64,000 bases of DNA, from NCBI GenBank assembly GCA_047639475.1, contig JBLIOD010000008.1:4158-68157 (forward strand), in the 5' to 3' direction. Position numbers and translations under genes: made by a program. Origin of the DNA: Gammaproteobacteria bacterium (GTDB lineage: Bacteria > Pseudomonadota > Gammaproteobacteria > Arenicellales > Poriferihabitantaceae). Positions 21,007-30,602 of the stretch are shown here, piece by piece (within the stretch, counting starts at the first letter, position 1; the number at the start of each line of letters is the position of its first letter). The notes below the pieces were generated by a model. The model ran no database searches, had not been told where the DNA came from, and saw only the letters and a program-made list of their open reading frames with translations.

Positions 21007-24000
21007 CTAATTCCTTTTGTTAGGAATGTTGCTGAGGCGCGCCAGGATATTTTTCAGTGCTGCGGGGTCGACTGGCTTGGCCAAGAAGAAGTGGCCGGCA
21101 TCACGCGCGGCGGTTTTGATGTTTGAGTCTTGCTCAGCGGTAACTAAAATACCCGAAGCGTGACTATCTTGCTCACCAAGTAAGCTCAAGAAATCTAATC
21201 CTGTCTGCTCTCCGTCTAAGCGATAGTCTGCCATTACAACGTCAATGCTTTGCGTGCGATAGGCATTGAGTGCTTCGTCAAAGGTTAGACAGCCTATCGC
21301 GTCGCAATGCCAAGAATTGAGTAGTGCTTGAGTGGCTTGCAACACCTGTGGTGAGTTCTCTAGATATAATACCCGCAAGTCTTCAAGCTTGTTTGAGGGC
21401 ATCCAATTACTGCGCGCTGGGCGCGCGATTTTGGTACCTGATACGCGCGGCAAATACACACAAAAAGTACTGCCCACACCGGCTTTAGAACGCACGGTTA
21501 TTTTATGGTCGAGAATTTCACTCACCCGTTTGGTAATGGCCAAACCCAAACCTAAGCCTTGGTCAGCTTGGTTGTTTGCGGTAGGATTAAGCCGGTGAAA
21601 TTCGTTGAAGATGACTTCGGTATCGGCCTCTTCAATGCCGATGCCCGTGTCGATAACTTGCACCAATAATCGATCTTGCTGTCGTCGCACGCCAACTAAA
21701 ACGCAGCCTTCGTGCGTATATCGGATCGCATTGGAGATAAGGTTTTGCAGTACCGATCGCAGCAAGGCGCGATCTGACTCTACACTGGCATTGGTTTTAA
21801 CGCAGCGCAATCGAATGTTTTTGTTGTGCGCAATGGGCGCCATTTCCACTTGCAATTCGTCTAATAACTCCCCCACGTTAAATTGGGTAATCTCAGGTGT
21901 CAGAGAACCGGTGTCTAACTTGGAGATGTCTAATAAAGCTCGCAGTAATTGATCAGCACTGACCAAAGAACTGTCTATGTTGTTGAGCATAGATTGAATT
22001 TTTTCTCGCTCATCCATAGGGCTTTCTAGCATGCTATGAGTAAACAACCGTGCAGCATTAATGGGTTGTAGTAGGTCATGACTTGCGGCGGCCAAGAATC
22101 GGGTTTTACTGATGGTTACCTCATTCAGTTTCTCTGATAAAGCCAAACTGGTGGCGTTCTCAGTAACCAATTGATCGTTGAGCTTTTTTAAATCTTGGGT
22201 CCGTTCATGCACGCGCTCTTCCAGGTCTTCATTGGTTCGTTTGAGTACATTTTCTGCTAATACATTTTGCGTGATATTTTGGTAAATAGAAAAGTAGCCC
22301 TCTACATGGCCTAACTCAGTTATTTGCGGAATGTAATTTACTTGATAATGCTCAGTAGCGGCCTCGGGGGATTTTTTAAGTTTGGCGGTAAATTGTACTG
22401 ATTTACCCTTTAGTGCTTTAGTGATGTTTCGTTGGCAGAGGGTTTGCGAGGCTGGCTCAAGCAAGGGAACAATGCTTTGGGCGTCACCTAAATCGGTTTC
22501 CGACTTTAAGAATTGAGTGTAGGCTTTGTTAGAGAACAAGGCATTTCCTTGGTCATCAACAAAGCTCAACATCAAGGGTAAATTGTTGGTGTATAGCCGA
22601 ATTTTCTGCTCACTGGCTCGCAAAGCCTGCTCTATCCGTTTTTGTTCGGTAATGTCGGTGTAACTGGTGACGTAGCCGCCGCTTGGAATGGGATTGCCGT
22701 CTACTTGAATACAGGTTTCATCAGAATACCATGCTTCAGAGGTGTGGCTTTCACCTGACTGATAGCAGTTTAACTGTTCTTCTATCAGCGCATGCATGTC
22801 GAGTGTGTCTTTACTTAAATTAGCATCAATATGCTTAAATAATTGATCGATGGGTGTGCCTACTTGCAGTAACTTATTAGGGTAGTCAAATAGGTCTTTG
22901 AATCGAGTATTCCATGCGACTAACTTAAGGTCTTTATCAACGACACTGATGCCTTGTCGAATATTTTCAAAGCTGGCGTTGAGTATTTCTTGGTTGAACT
23001 GCAACGCCTGCGTGGTCTCATCCATCATCAGGAATAGATCTTCCGCGGTGACATTCTCACCTAGCAACTGAGTGGCAATGATATGACTGGCTGATGAAGC
23101 GCCGATAACACTGGCAACGTTTTTTTCTATTTCTTCAATAATGCCGCGATCGATCAGCATGTCATCGGTTAATTGCTTGTCGCGCTTTTGTTCTATCTTA
23201 AGAAAAAGTGCCGAGGCATCCTGAGAGCCCAGTATGCTTTCTGTTAATTCTTTGGCAGTGGCAACAGTGGCCAGTTGATGACTAATGTCTCTGCCGACCA
23301 AGCCATGGTGTTGCGGCGTTTGGCGCATGAACAAGCTGGCTTGTATTTTATCCAAAAAGCTGGGTTCAAATTTTATGGAAACCAATACCAGTGCGAGGGA
23401 GTTAAAAACCAAACTCCAAATAACGCCGTGAGACAAAGGCGACAAATCACCTAAATTAAATAGATGTTGAGGGTGTATCCAAGAGCCAGCGCCAAACAAT
23501 TGATTGAGTGTTTGCTCGCCGATAAAGTTCGGCATTAACAAGCAATACAACCAAATGGTAAAACCAACCAGCAAGCCAATCACGGCGCCGCGTTGGTTGG
23601 CGCGTTGCCAAAATAGCGCCGCAACCATTGCCGGCGCCAATTGGATCATCGCAGCAAACGACAATAAGCCCATATTGGCCAAGTCTTGGTCGTTGCTAGA
23701 GAGGCGATAAAAACCGTATGAAGCAATCATTAACACCATGATGGTCACTCGCCTTATACGTAAAATAATTTGAGTTAGGTTCGGGTGTGTCAGTAACTCT
23801 AGATGCTTAATACGAAACAACATCGGCATCACAATATCATTACAGATCATGGTGCTTAAGCTTATTGAGCCCACAATTACCATACCAGTGGCTGCAGACA
23901 GACCGCCTATGAAAGCAAAGGTTGACAGCGCATAGCTTTCGGCTTGCAATGGCAAATTGAGAACGAATAAATCGGGGTGGGCGTTAGGCCCTAATAAGCT

Positions 24001-24915
24001 CACGCCTGCCATCGATATAGGCACGGCCACTAAACTGATGATAAGCAAATACAAAGGTAACAGCCAACGCGCAGTCCCCATGTCTTCTGCGCTATCCGTT
24101 TCCACCACGGTCACTTGGAATTGACGAGGCAATAAAATGATAGCGCCCATGCTAAGCACCAGCTTCACCATGAAATCAATATTCGAAGCCGTTTCTGGTC
24201 TCGACGTCAGTGCAAATGGAATTTGACTGATCTGTTCCCAATTCATGTTGGTCAGCAGCAAACTGCCTGCGAAAAAGGCCACGAATAGAATCGCCACTAA
24301 TTTCACTATGGATTCAAAAGCGATGGCGTGAATCATGCCGCGATGGTGCTCTGTGGCGCTTAAATGGCGAGTGCCAAATAAAATGGAGAAGATGGCCAAC
24401 AAAATTGCACCGTAAAATGCGGTGTCAGATAATGTGCTGGTCGTCGACAGATTGAGCTCGATAGAGGGGTTAGTCAGTGCATGAAAAGACATCGAGATGG
24501 CTTGCAATTGCAAAGAAATATAAGGCAGGGAGCCTATCGCTGCGATACTCGTGACTACAATTGCGACATTCTTACTTTTACCAAATCGTGAAGAAATAAA
24601 GTCTGATACCGAGGTAATGTTTTGTTGTTTGCTGATGACGATGATTCGGCTAAGCAGACGATGACCGAACAGGAACAAAATAATAGGGCCAAGGTAGATG
24701 GCGAAGAAATCCCAACCAATTCTTGTGGCGGTGCCGACTGCGCCAAAGAATGTCCATGAAGAGCAATAAACCGCGAGAGAAAGGCTATATACCACCGCTT
24801 TGTTCTTTAAGAATAGGCGGTTACGGTTTTTGTCTCCTTGGTAGGCGATGTAGAACAGGCTGCATACATAGGCGAAGCCTATTAGTGCAATGAGTTCAAT
24901 TGGAATGGCGTGCAT
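21007..24915 (-). CDS. crbS: hybrid sensor histidine kinase with N-terminal sodium:solute-symporter-like domain (CrbS/MxtR-like)
   Basis: 1302 aa. The first ~500 aa are polytopic and SSF/SLC5-like. PAS regions follow, then the H-box AAASHDLLQPINAARLF, N-box LISNAIRYT, G-boxes DTGIGI/GLGLGLAI, and a C-terminal receiver (VVMADYRLDG). The symbol is assigned by architecture plus linkage to acs. Confidence 0.7.
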   Translation of the reverse strand: MHAIPIELIALIGFAYVCSLFYIAYQGDKNRNRLFLKNKAVVYSLSLAVYCSSWTFFGAVGTATRIGWDFFAIYLGPIILFLFGHRLLSRIIVISKQQNITSVSDFISSRFGKSKNVAIVVTSIAAIGSLPYISLQLQAISMSFHALTNPSIELNLSTTSTLSDTAFYGAILLAIFSILFGTRHLSATEHHRGMIHAIAFESIVKLVAILFVAFFAGSLLLTNMNWEQISQIPFALTSRPETASNIDFMVKLVLSMGAIILLPRQFQVTVVETDSAEDMGTARWLLPLYLLIISLVAVPISMAGVSLLGPNAHPDLFVLNLPLQAESYALSTFAFIGGLSAATGMVIVGSISLSTMICNDIVMPMLFRIKHLELLTHPNLTQIILRIRRVTIMVLMIASYGFYRLSSNDQDLANMGLLSFAAMIQLAPAMVAALFWQRANQRGAVIGLLVGFTIWLYCLLMPNFIGEQTLNQLFGAGSWIHPQHLFNLGDLSPLSHGVIWSLVFNSLALVLVSIKFEPSFLDKIQASLFMRQTPQHHGLVGRDISHQLATVATAKELTESILGSQDASALFLKIEQKRDKQLTDDMLIDRGIIEEIEKNVASVIGASSASHIIATQLLGENVTAEDLFLMMDETTQALQFNQEILNASFENIRQGISVVDKDLKLVAWNTRFKDLFDYPNKLLQVGTPIDQLFKHIDANLSKDTLDMHALIEEQLNCYQSGESHTSEAWYSDETCIQVDGNPIPSGGYVTSYTDITEQKRIEQALRASEQKIRLYTNNLPLMLSFVDDQGNALFSNKAYTQFLKSETDLGDAQSIVPLLEPASQTLCQRNITKALKGKSVQFTAKLKKSPEAATEHYQVNYIPQITELGHVEGYFSIYQNITQNVLAENVLKRTNEDLEERVHERTQDLKKLNDQLVTENATSLALSEKLNEVTISKTRFLAAASHDLLQPINAARLFTHSMLESPMDEREKIQSMLNNIDSSLVSADQLLRALLDISKLDTGSLTPEITQFNVGELLDELQVEMAPIAHNKNIRLRCVKTNASVESDRALLRSVLQNLISNAIRYTHEGCVLVGVRRQQDRLLVQVIDTGIGIEEADTEVIFNEFHRLNPTANNQADQGLGLGLAITKRVSEILDHKITVRSKAGVGSTFCVYLPRVSGTKIARPARSNWMPSNKLEDLRVLYLENSPQVLQATQALLNSWHCDAIGCLTFDEALNAYRTQSIDVVMADYRLDGEQTGLDFLSLLGEQDSHASGILVTAEQDSNIKTAARDAGHFFLAKPVDPAALKNILARLSNIPNKRN

Positions 24916-25113
24916 ACAATAAAGAGATAATGTGGCTGGTTACATTATAGGCGAAATTTTAGAAGCCACTAAGCATCGTTTTCACGCAGGAAATAACATG
25001 ATACTCATCGTTTTAATCTAAACGGTTTAACAAGCAGTGTCATCCACAGCTTGCCCTACACGTTCACTAGCGTTTAATCTTCAAGGTATTATATAAATAA
25101 GAGCGAACAAGAA

Positions 25114-26208
25114 ATGACTTCCAACAAAATGCATGCTGTACTGTTAACAGGCCACGGCGGGTTTGAGAAACTCGAATACCGAACTGATGTCGCTATTCCA
25201 GCGCCTAAAGCTAATGAAGTTCTAATCAACGTTAAAGCTGCCGGTGTTAATAACACCGATATTAATACCCGTACTGCATGGTATTCAAAGTCTGTAACGA
25301 CAGGGACTGAAGTGGGCGGAGAGGCAGGCTTTGTCAGTGCGGATGATGACGACGGCAGCTGGTCGGGCACGCCTTTGAGTTTTCCGCGTATCCAAGGAGC
25401 GGATTGCTGCGGCACCATTGTGGCGGTCGGTGCTGATGTTGATTCAAGCCGTATCGGCCAACGCGTGCTGGTCAGTAGCATGCAAGATGACAAACACACA
25501 GACCTCGCCTTCTACACTACTACTATGGGCTCTGAATTTGACGGCGGCTTTGCTCAATACTGCTCCGCAGCGAGCGAAGAGACTCACGCGGTAGAGTGTG
25601 ATTGGAGTGACGCCGAATTGGCTTCTATTCCCTGCGCTTATTCCACCGCAGAAAATTTATTGCACCGAGTTAAACTGGGCGTAGAGACAGTATTGATCAC
25701 CGGTGCCTCTGGGGGAGTGGGATCGGCAGCGGTGCAGTTGGCCAAGCGTAGAGGTGCCAAAGTGATTGCGGTGGCAAGCTCTACTAAATTTGATGAAGTT
25801 AAAGCCATTGGGGCTGATCGTGTGATCGACAGAAACGCTGATTTAGCTGCCGAACTCGGTCATGAAAGTGTTGATGTGGTTGTTGATCTTATTGCCGGCC
25901 CGACGTGGCCTAAATTGTTAGAAATACTCAAAAGAGGCGGGCGCTATGCAACCGCAGGTGCCATTGCTGGTCCTATTGTAGAGTTAGATGTACGCACTTT
26001 ATATTTAAAAGATTTGAGCCTTATTGGCTGTACTTACCAAGAGCGAGTGGTCTTTGAAAACCTAATATCTTATATTGAGAGAGGAGAAATTCGCCCCTTG
26101 GTTGCAAAAACTTACCCGCTTAAAGATATCACTGTGGCCCAAAAAGATTTTTTAGCCAAGCGGTTTACTGGTAAGTTAGTGCTGATTCCCCCTTCGGTAG
26201 AAGTGTAA
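25114..26208 (+). CDS. zinc-type/medium-chain dehydrogenase-reductase (quinone oxidoreductase-like)
   Basis: 364 aa. It has a GroES-like N-domain and the Rossmann motif ITGASGGVGSAAVQLAK. Its stop overlaps the next start (TAATG). Confidence 0.75.
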   Translation: MTSNKMHAVLLTGHGGFEKLEYRTDVAIPAPKANEVLINVKAAGVNNTDINTRTAWYSKSVTTGTEVGGEAGFVSADDDDGSWSGTPLSFPRIQGADCCGTIVAVGADVDSSRIGQRVLVSSMQDDKHTDLAFYTTTMGSEFDGGFAQYCSAASEETHAVECDWSDAELASIPCAYSTAENLLHRVKLGVETVLITGASGGVGSAAVQLAKRRGAKVIAVASSTKFDEVKAIGADRVIDRNADLAAELGHESVDVVVDLIAGPTWPKLLEILKRGGRYATAGAIAGPIVELDVRTLYLKDLSLIGCTYQERVVFENLISYIERGEIRPLVAKTYPLKDITVAQKDFLAKRFTGKLVLIPPSVEV

Positions 26209-27329
26209 TGAAAATCGTCGCTATTGATGTGTATCAAGTCGATTTACCCTATTCAGGCGGCACATATGTGCTATCTGGTGGTCGTGAATATCAAAGTTTC
26301 GACGCTACCATCGTTCGTGTGACAACGCAGTGTGGAATTCAAGGTTTCGGTGAATCAACGCCATTCGGTCCTAACTATATAGCGGCGCACGCATTGGGAG
26401 TACGTGCGGGTATCAACGAAATCGCGCCACAGTTATTGGGTAAAGATCCTCGGTTATGTGATCGGTTAAACGACACCATGAATCAAGCTTTACTCGGCCA
26501 TTTGCATGCCAAAGCTCCCTTAGATGTTGCCTGCTGGGATATCTTTGGTAAGTCAGTTGATTTGCCTGTTTGCCAGTTACTAGGCGGCAGCACGGGTGAA
26601 CGATTACCAGTTATTTCATCAATCTATGCAGGTACGCCAGATGATATGCGTGCGCGAGTGCACGCCCATCGTGAACAAGGCTATTTAGGTCATTCCGTTA
26701 AAATCGGGGCTAGCGAATTAGAGGGCGGCCCGAAGTTAGACACAGAACGGGTTAAAGCGGCTTTGGCTGATGCGGTTGCCGGGGAATATTTTATTGTCGA
26801 CGCCAACGGTGGTTTGAGCGTTGAGCATGCGATGCGGGTGCTTAAGCTGTTGCCCGCAAACCTTGATTTTGTACTAGAGGCGCCTTGCTCAAGTTATAGC
26901 GAGCACCAGCGCTTACATCAAATAGCCGCCGTGCCGTTGATCGTCGACGAACTGGCGACGGATGATGTTAGTATCGCTCGAATTATCGCCGACAGAAGTG
27001 CTGAGGGAATTGGTTTAAAAATATCCAAAGCAGGCGGATTGACCCAAGGGAAGAGGCAACGTGATATGTGTATTGCTGCGGGCCTTACCATGAGCGTGCA
27101 AGACACGGTGGGTTCTGAAATTGCGTTTGCGGGTGTTTTACATCTTGGACAAACAGTGCCGAATAAAAACTTACGCTGCGTGCTCGACACCAGAGACATG
27201 GTTAGCCTGTGCACCGCAGAACTGGATGCGCCTATGCAGCAGGGCGGCGTGATTGCGCCTGACACGCCGGGGTTGGGTGTGATTCCCAATATGTCAGTGC
27301 TGGGTGATCCGGTCGCGCATTTTAGCTAA
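26208..27329 (+). CDS. enolase-superfamily enzyme (mandelate racemase/muconate lactonizing enzyme subgroup)
   Basis: 373 aa. The capping domain is followed by a barrel with ligand-like positions VDANGG, LEAP and VDE. The substrate cannot be inferred. Confidence 0.75.
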   Translation: MKIVAIDVYQVDLPYSGGTYVLSGGREYQSFDATIVRVTTQCGIQGFGESTPFGPNYIAAHALGVRAGINEIAPQLLGKDPRLCDRLNDTMNQALLGHLHAKAPLDVACWDIFGKSVDLPVCQLLGGSTGERLPVISSIYAGTPDDMRARVHAHREQGYLGHSVKIGASELEGGPKLDTERVKAALADAVAGEYFIVDANGGLSVEHAMRVLKLLPANLDFVLEAPCSSYSEHQRLHQIAAVPLIVDELATDDVSIARIIADRSAEGIGLKISKAGGLTQGKRQRDMCIAAGLTMSVQDTVGSEIAFAGVLHLGQTVPNKNLRCVLDTRDMVSLCTAELDAPMQQGGVIAPDTPGLGVIPNMSVLGDPVAHFS

Positions 27330-27346
27330 GCAGCTCGCTTATCATA

Positions 27347-28450
27347 ATGACCGATTCGCTATCGCTCAAACAAGCGCGAAAGCTGGTATTGCATAGCCAA
27401 GCGCTGTCGCCCGGTTCGATTAAAGGGCCTGCGCTCTTGGCGACTCAAAATGCAATCGAGCATCTGGGCTATATTCAAAAGGATACTATTTCGGTGGTCG
27501 AGAGAGCGCATCATCACACTTTGTGGAATCGTAATACTCGTTATAAAACTTCACACTTAGATCAATTGCTAAGTAATTAAACCGTCTTCGAATACTGGTC
27601 GCATGCCGCAGCATATTTGCCCATCAAGCAATTCCGTTACACTTTGCCTCGCAAACGCGCCATCAAATCAGGCGCAGTCGATCATTGGTATGAGTGTGAC
27701 TTAAAGCGCATGGCCAGGGTGCTGGAAAGGGTTCGGCAAGAAGGCCCTTTAATGGCGAAAGATTTTGACAAGGGCACTAAACAAACTGCGGTTTGGGGAA
27801 GCAAACCGGCCAAGCAAGCGTTGGAGTATTTGTTTATGCAGGGGGATCTGATGATTCAAAAACGCAGCCAGTTTCACAAGGTATATGACCTAACAGAGCG
27901 CGTTATATCGAGTGACACGGATACCGCGCACCCCTCAACAGATGAATACTACCGCTTCCTGATAATTCAGTTTTTAAAGGCCAATGGGCTGGGCCAAGAA
28001 GCAGATATGGTTTACTTGCTCAAGAATATGCGCGGCAAGCTTAAACCAGTCTTGAATACCTTGTGCGAAGAACAGCTGATTAAAATCGTTGAGGTGGCAG
28101 ATCAGCATTACTATGGGCTCAGCGAGTGTTTGTCACTGTTAGCCAAACCACTCAACCGTAATCGCGTGAAAATTTTATCGCCGTTTGATAACCTGTTGAT
28201 ACAGCGTAAACGAATGCAGCAATTATTCAATTTCGACTATCAAATAGAATGTTATGTCCCCGAGACAAAACGCCAATATGGTTACTTTTGTTTGCCCCTT
28301 CTATGGGAAGGTGAACTGATGGGTCGAATGGACTGTAAAGCCGACCGTAAAACTAAGACATTGAAGCTTCATAGTTTAAGCGTCGAAAAGCCGATCAAAG
28401 ACCAACAGAAATTTACCGCAGGCTTTGCCAAAGAGCTATTTGCAGGGTAA
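27347..28450 (+). pseudogene. ycaQ: YcaQ/AlkZ-like winged-helix DNA glycosylase family gene interrupted by one in-frame TAA
   Basis: ORFs 27347-27580 and 27617-28450 are in the same frame. The sequence reads ...HLDQLLSN-TAA(27578-27580)-TVFEYWSHAAAYLPIKQ..., and homology-like sequence continues straight across the stop. Confidence 0.65.
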
Positions 28451-28787
28451 TTTTTCGATTGTATAAATGCAAATCAGTGAGGTTCTCTCCGACCAATTCG
28501 CCTTTAGCATTGTGCCAAGGGCCATTGCCAATGCGGTCGCGAGCGCTGACACCTCGTTTGTCTTCTGCTTCAGTGCTCAAATAGGCTTTCCAATTTTTGT
28601 CGCCGGCGCCAACAGCGGTTGCCAAAGAAGAACAATGTGCATCTGCTCCAGTTAATCCACCTAGATCGGCGCCATTTCCTAACCCTGCACTGGTGATGAA
28701 AAAGCTCATATCATTGTAAGCTGTATGTCCGGTGTTAAACCCCAGTAACGCTGCGGTAAAAAATGCACTCAAAATGATCTTTTTCAT
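28413..28787 (-). CDS. hypothetical secreted protein
   Basis: 124 aa with a signal peptide (MKKIILSAFFTAALLGFNTGHTA). The conserved-looking core is FFITSAGLGNGADLGGLTGADAHC. The 3' end overlaps the ycaQ-like gene by 38 nt and the protein may be C-terminally truncated. Confidence 0.5.
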   Translation of the reverse strand: MKKIILSAFFTAALLGFNTGHTAYNDMSFFITSAGLGNGADLGGLTGADAHCSSLATAVGAGDKNWKAYLSTEAEDKRGVSARDRIGNGPWHNAKGELVGENLTDLHLYNRKITLQIALWQSLR

Positions 28788-28908
28788 GATTATTCCTCGC
28801 TTAATTTAGTAACACTCACTTTGACGCAAATAACGTCAAAAGTTTAGTGACAGGGTTTAACTCCTTAGTATGTTCACAGTTCTAGCAACATCGTTTCACC
28901 AAGCAATG

Positions 28909-29796
28909 TTATTTGCGTTGCATTTGTGCTTCTCGAAAGAAGATGTATAAGCCACTTAAAATGATAATCAGGCCGCCGACATAAACCCATATGTCGGGTA
29001 AATTACCGAAGAAAATTAATCCTGACAGTGTTGTCCATATTAAGGTGGTATAGCTCAAAGGTGAAACTACTGAAGCAGGTGCAATACTAAAAGCCCGTAT
29101 AAAGCATAAATGGCCAACCGCTCCCGCGAAACCGAGGACGATAAATAGTAACCAATGAATGGGTTTAACGCTTGTCCACAACACGGGTAGTAACAGAGTT
29201 GTGACGAGCGTTCCTACTAAGCCGGTATAAAATAGTGACGTCATCGGCCCATCAAACACCCTCACTTTTCGGGTGGCAATTTGATAAAACGCGTGACTGG
29301 TAGCAGCAGCTAACAAAAATACCATGCCTGAATTGAAACTGACCGTTCCTGGTCTCATGATAATGACTGCGCCCAATAAACCCATCGCAACACCTACCCA
29401 TCTTCGAAAACCCACTGTCTCACCTAATAATGGGATCGCCAACACGGTTACCAAAATTGGTGAAAGAAACATGATGGTAGAAGCGGTTGCCAGCTGAATT
29501 TGATGAATCCCTGAAAAAAATAAAGCAGTCGTAATTAGCATCGTAAAAGACCTTAACAATTGCAGTTGCCAATTTTTACTGCGTACTCTCGATTTTACTT
29601 GCGACCCCATCATCAGTAATACAAATACGACGTGAAAAAAGAACCGCCCCCAAACCACTTGAACTACCGGATAGTACTGCATTAAATACTTGGCAGCGGT
29701 ATCCAACGCGACGAACCAGAACATCGCAAAAAGCATCCAGGCTATGCCCGCAGGGATGTTCTCTGCCATATTGACGGTGTAATCAGAAGAGCGCAT
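28909..29796 (-). CDS. DMT-superfamily (EamA-type) transporter
   Basis: 295 aa with ten hydrophobic segments in a duplicated EamA pattern. It is the last gene of a three-gene co-directional cluster. Confidence 0.75.
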   Translation of the reverse strand: MRSSDYTVNMAENIPAGIAWMLFAMFWFVALDTAAKYLMQYYPVVQVVWGRFFFHVVFVLLMMGSQVKSRVRSKNWQLQLLRSFTMLITTALFFSGIHQIQLATASTIMFLSPILVTVLAIPLLGETVGFRRWVGVAMGLLGAVIIMRPGTVSFNSGMVFLLAAATSHAFYQIATRKVRVFDGPMTSLFYTGLVGTLVTTLLLPVLWTSVKPIHWLLFIVLGFAGAVGHLCFIRAFSIAPASVVSPLSYTTLIWTTLSGLIFFGNLPDIWVYVGGLIIILSGLYIFFREAQMQRK

Positions 29797-29807
29797 TTAG
29801 GCTTGCG

Positions 29808-30593
29808 TTAAGATGATTTTAAATCCAGTTGCTCCGCGCCCCGTAAATAAGGAAGTCGGTTTTGAGCGGTGGTCACTTGGGTTAAATCAAGCTCGGCAAT
29901 AATCAACTCCTCTTGAGCGCCTGCGCGTGCGGCGTCTGTGCCATCGGGCGTCACTATACAGCTGCCGCCGTAATATCGTAGTCCGTTTTCCTCGCCTGCA
30001 TGATTGGCATATAAGAACCAAACGCCATTTTCAAAAGCTCGCGTGGGCATCATTTGAGTGGCCACTGAACCCCAGTTTTCGCTTAATGCCGTGGGCACTA
30101 TTATGACTTGGGCACCTGTTTGCGCGGCGGCGCGAACAGCCTCTGGGTATTCTGCGTCGTAACAAATGAGTAAAGCACATTTGAACTCACCCAATTGAAA
30201 TAGCGTGAGTTTTGACCCAGAGTCAAATACATCTTGTTCAAATCCGGGCGGGATCATTAGCTTGCGGTGATGGGCGATGTTTTCGCCAGCTTTATCAACG
30301 CAGGCAGCTGCATTAAATAACCCGCCGTCATGAGCGCGCTCTGGATAACCGTAAACGATGGCGCACTGGTACTTAATGGCCAGTGCAGCGATCTGCTGAA
30401 CATGTTCACCATCTACGGGTTGAGCCAATAGACTCAAAGTGTCGCCAACATTATATCCCGATAAATAGAGCTCAGGGCATACCAGTAAATCTAGATTATC
30501 ACGGGCCAGGTTTTTTTCTAATTCCCCGAGGCGTTTGGCCAAAGACTGGCCAGCGCTTCGGGCTTGAAAAATAGCTGCGCGCATCGTTGTCAT
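29808..30593 (-). CDS. carbon-nitrogen hydrolase (nitrilase-superfamily amidase)
   Basis: 261 aa. The Glu-Lys-Cys triad contexts are present: LVCPELYLSGY, HHRKLMIP and LLICYDAEYPE. Confidence 0.8.
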   Translation of the reverse strand: MTTMRAAIFQARSAGQSLAKRLGELEKNLARDNLDLLVCPELYLSGYNVGDTLSLLAQPVDGEHVQQIAALAIKYQCAIVYGYPERAHDGGLFNAAACVDKAGENIAHHRKLMIPPGFEQDVFDSGSKLTLFQLGEFKCALLICYDAEYPEAVRAAAQTGAQVIIVPTALSENWGSVATQMMPTRAFENGVWFLYANHAGEENGLRYYGGSCIVTPDGTDAARAGAQEELIIAELDLTQVTTAQNRLPYLRGAEQLDLKSS

Positions 30594-30602
30594 GTTAACA
30601 AC

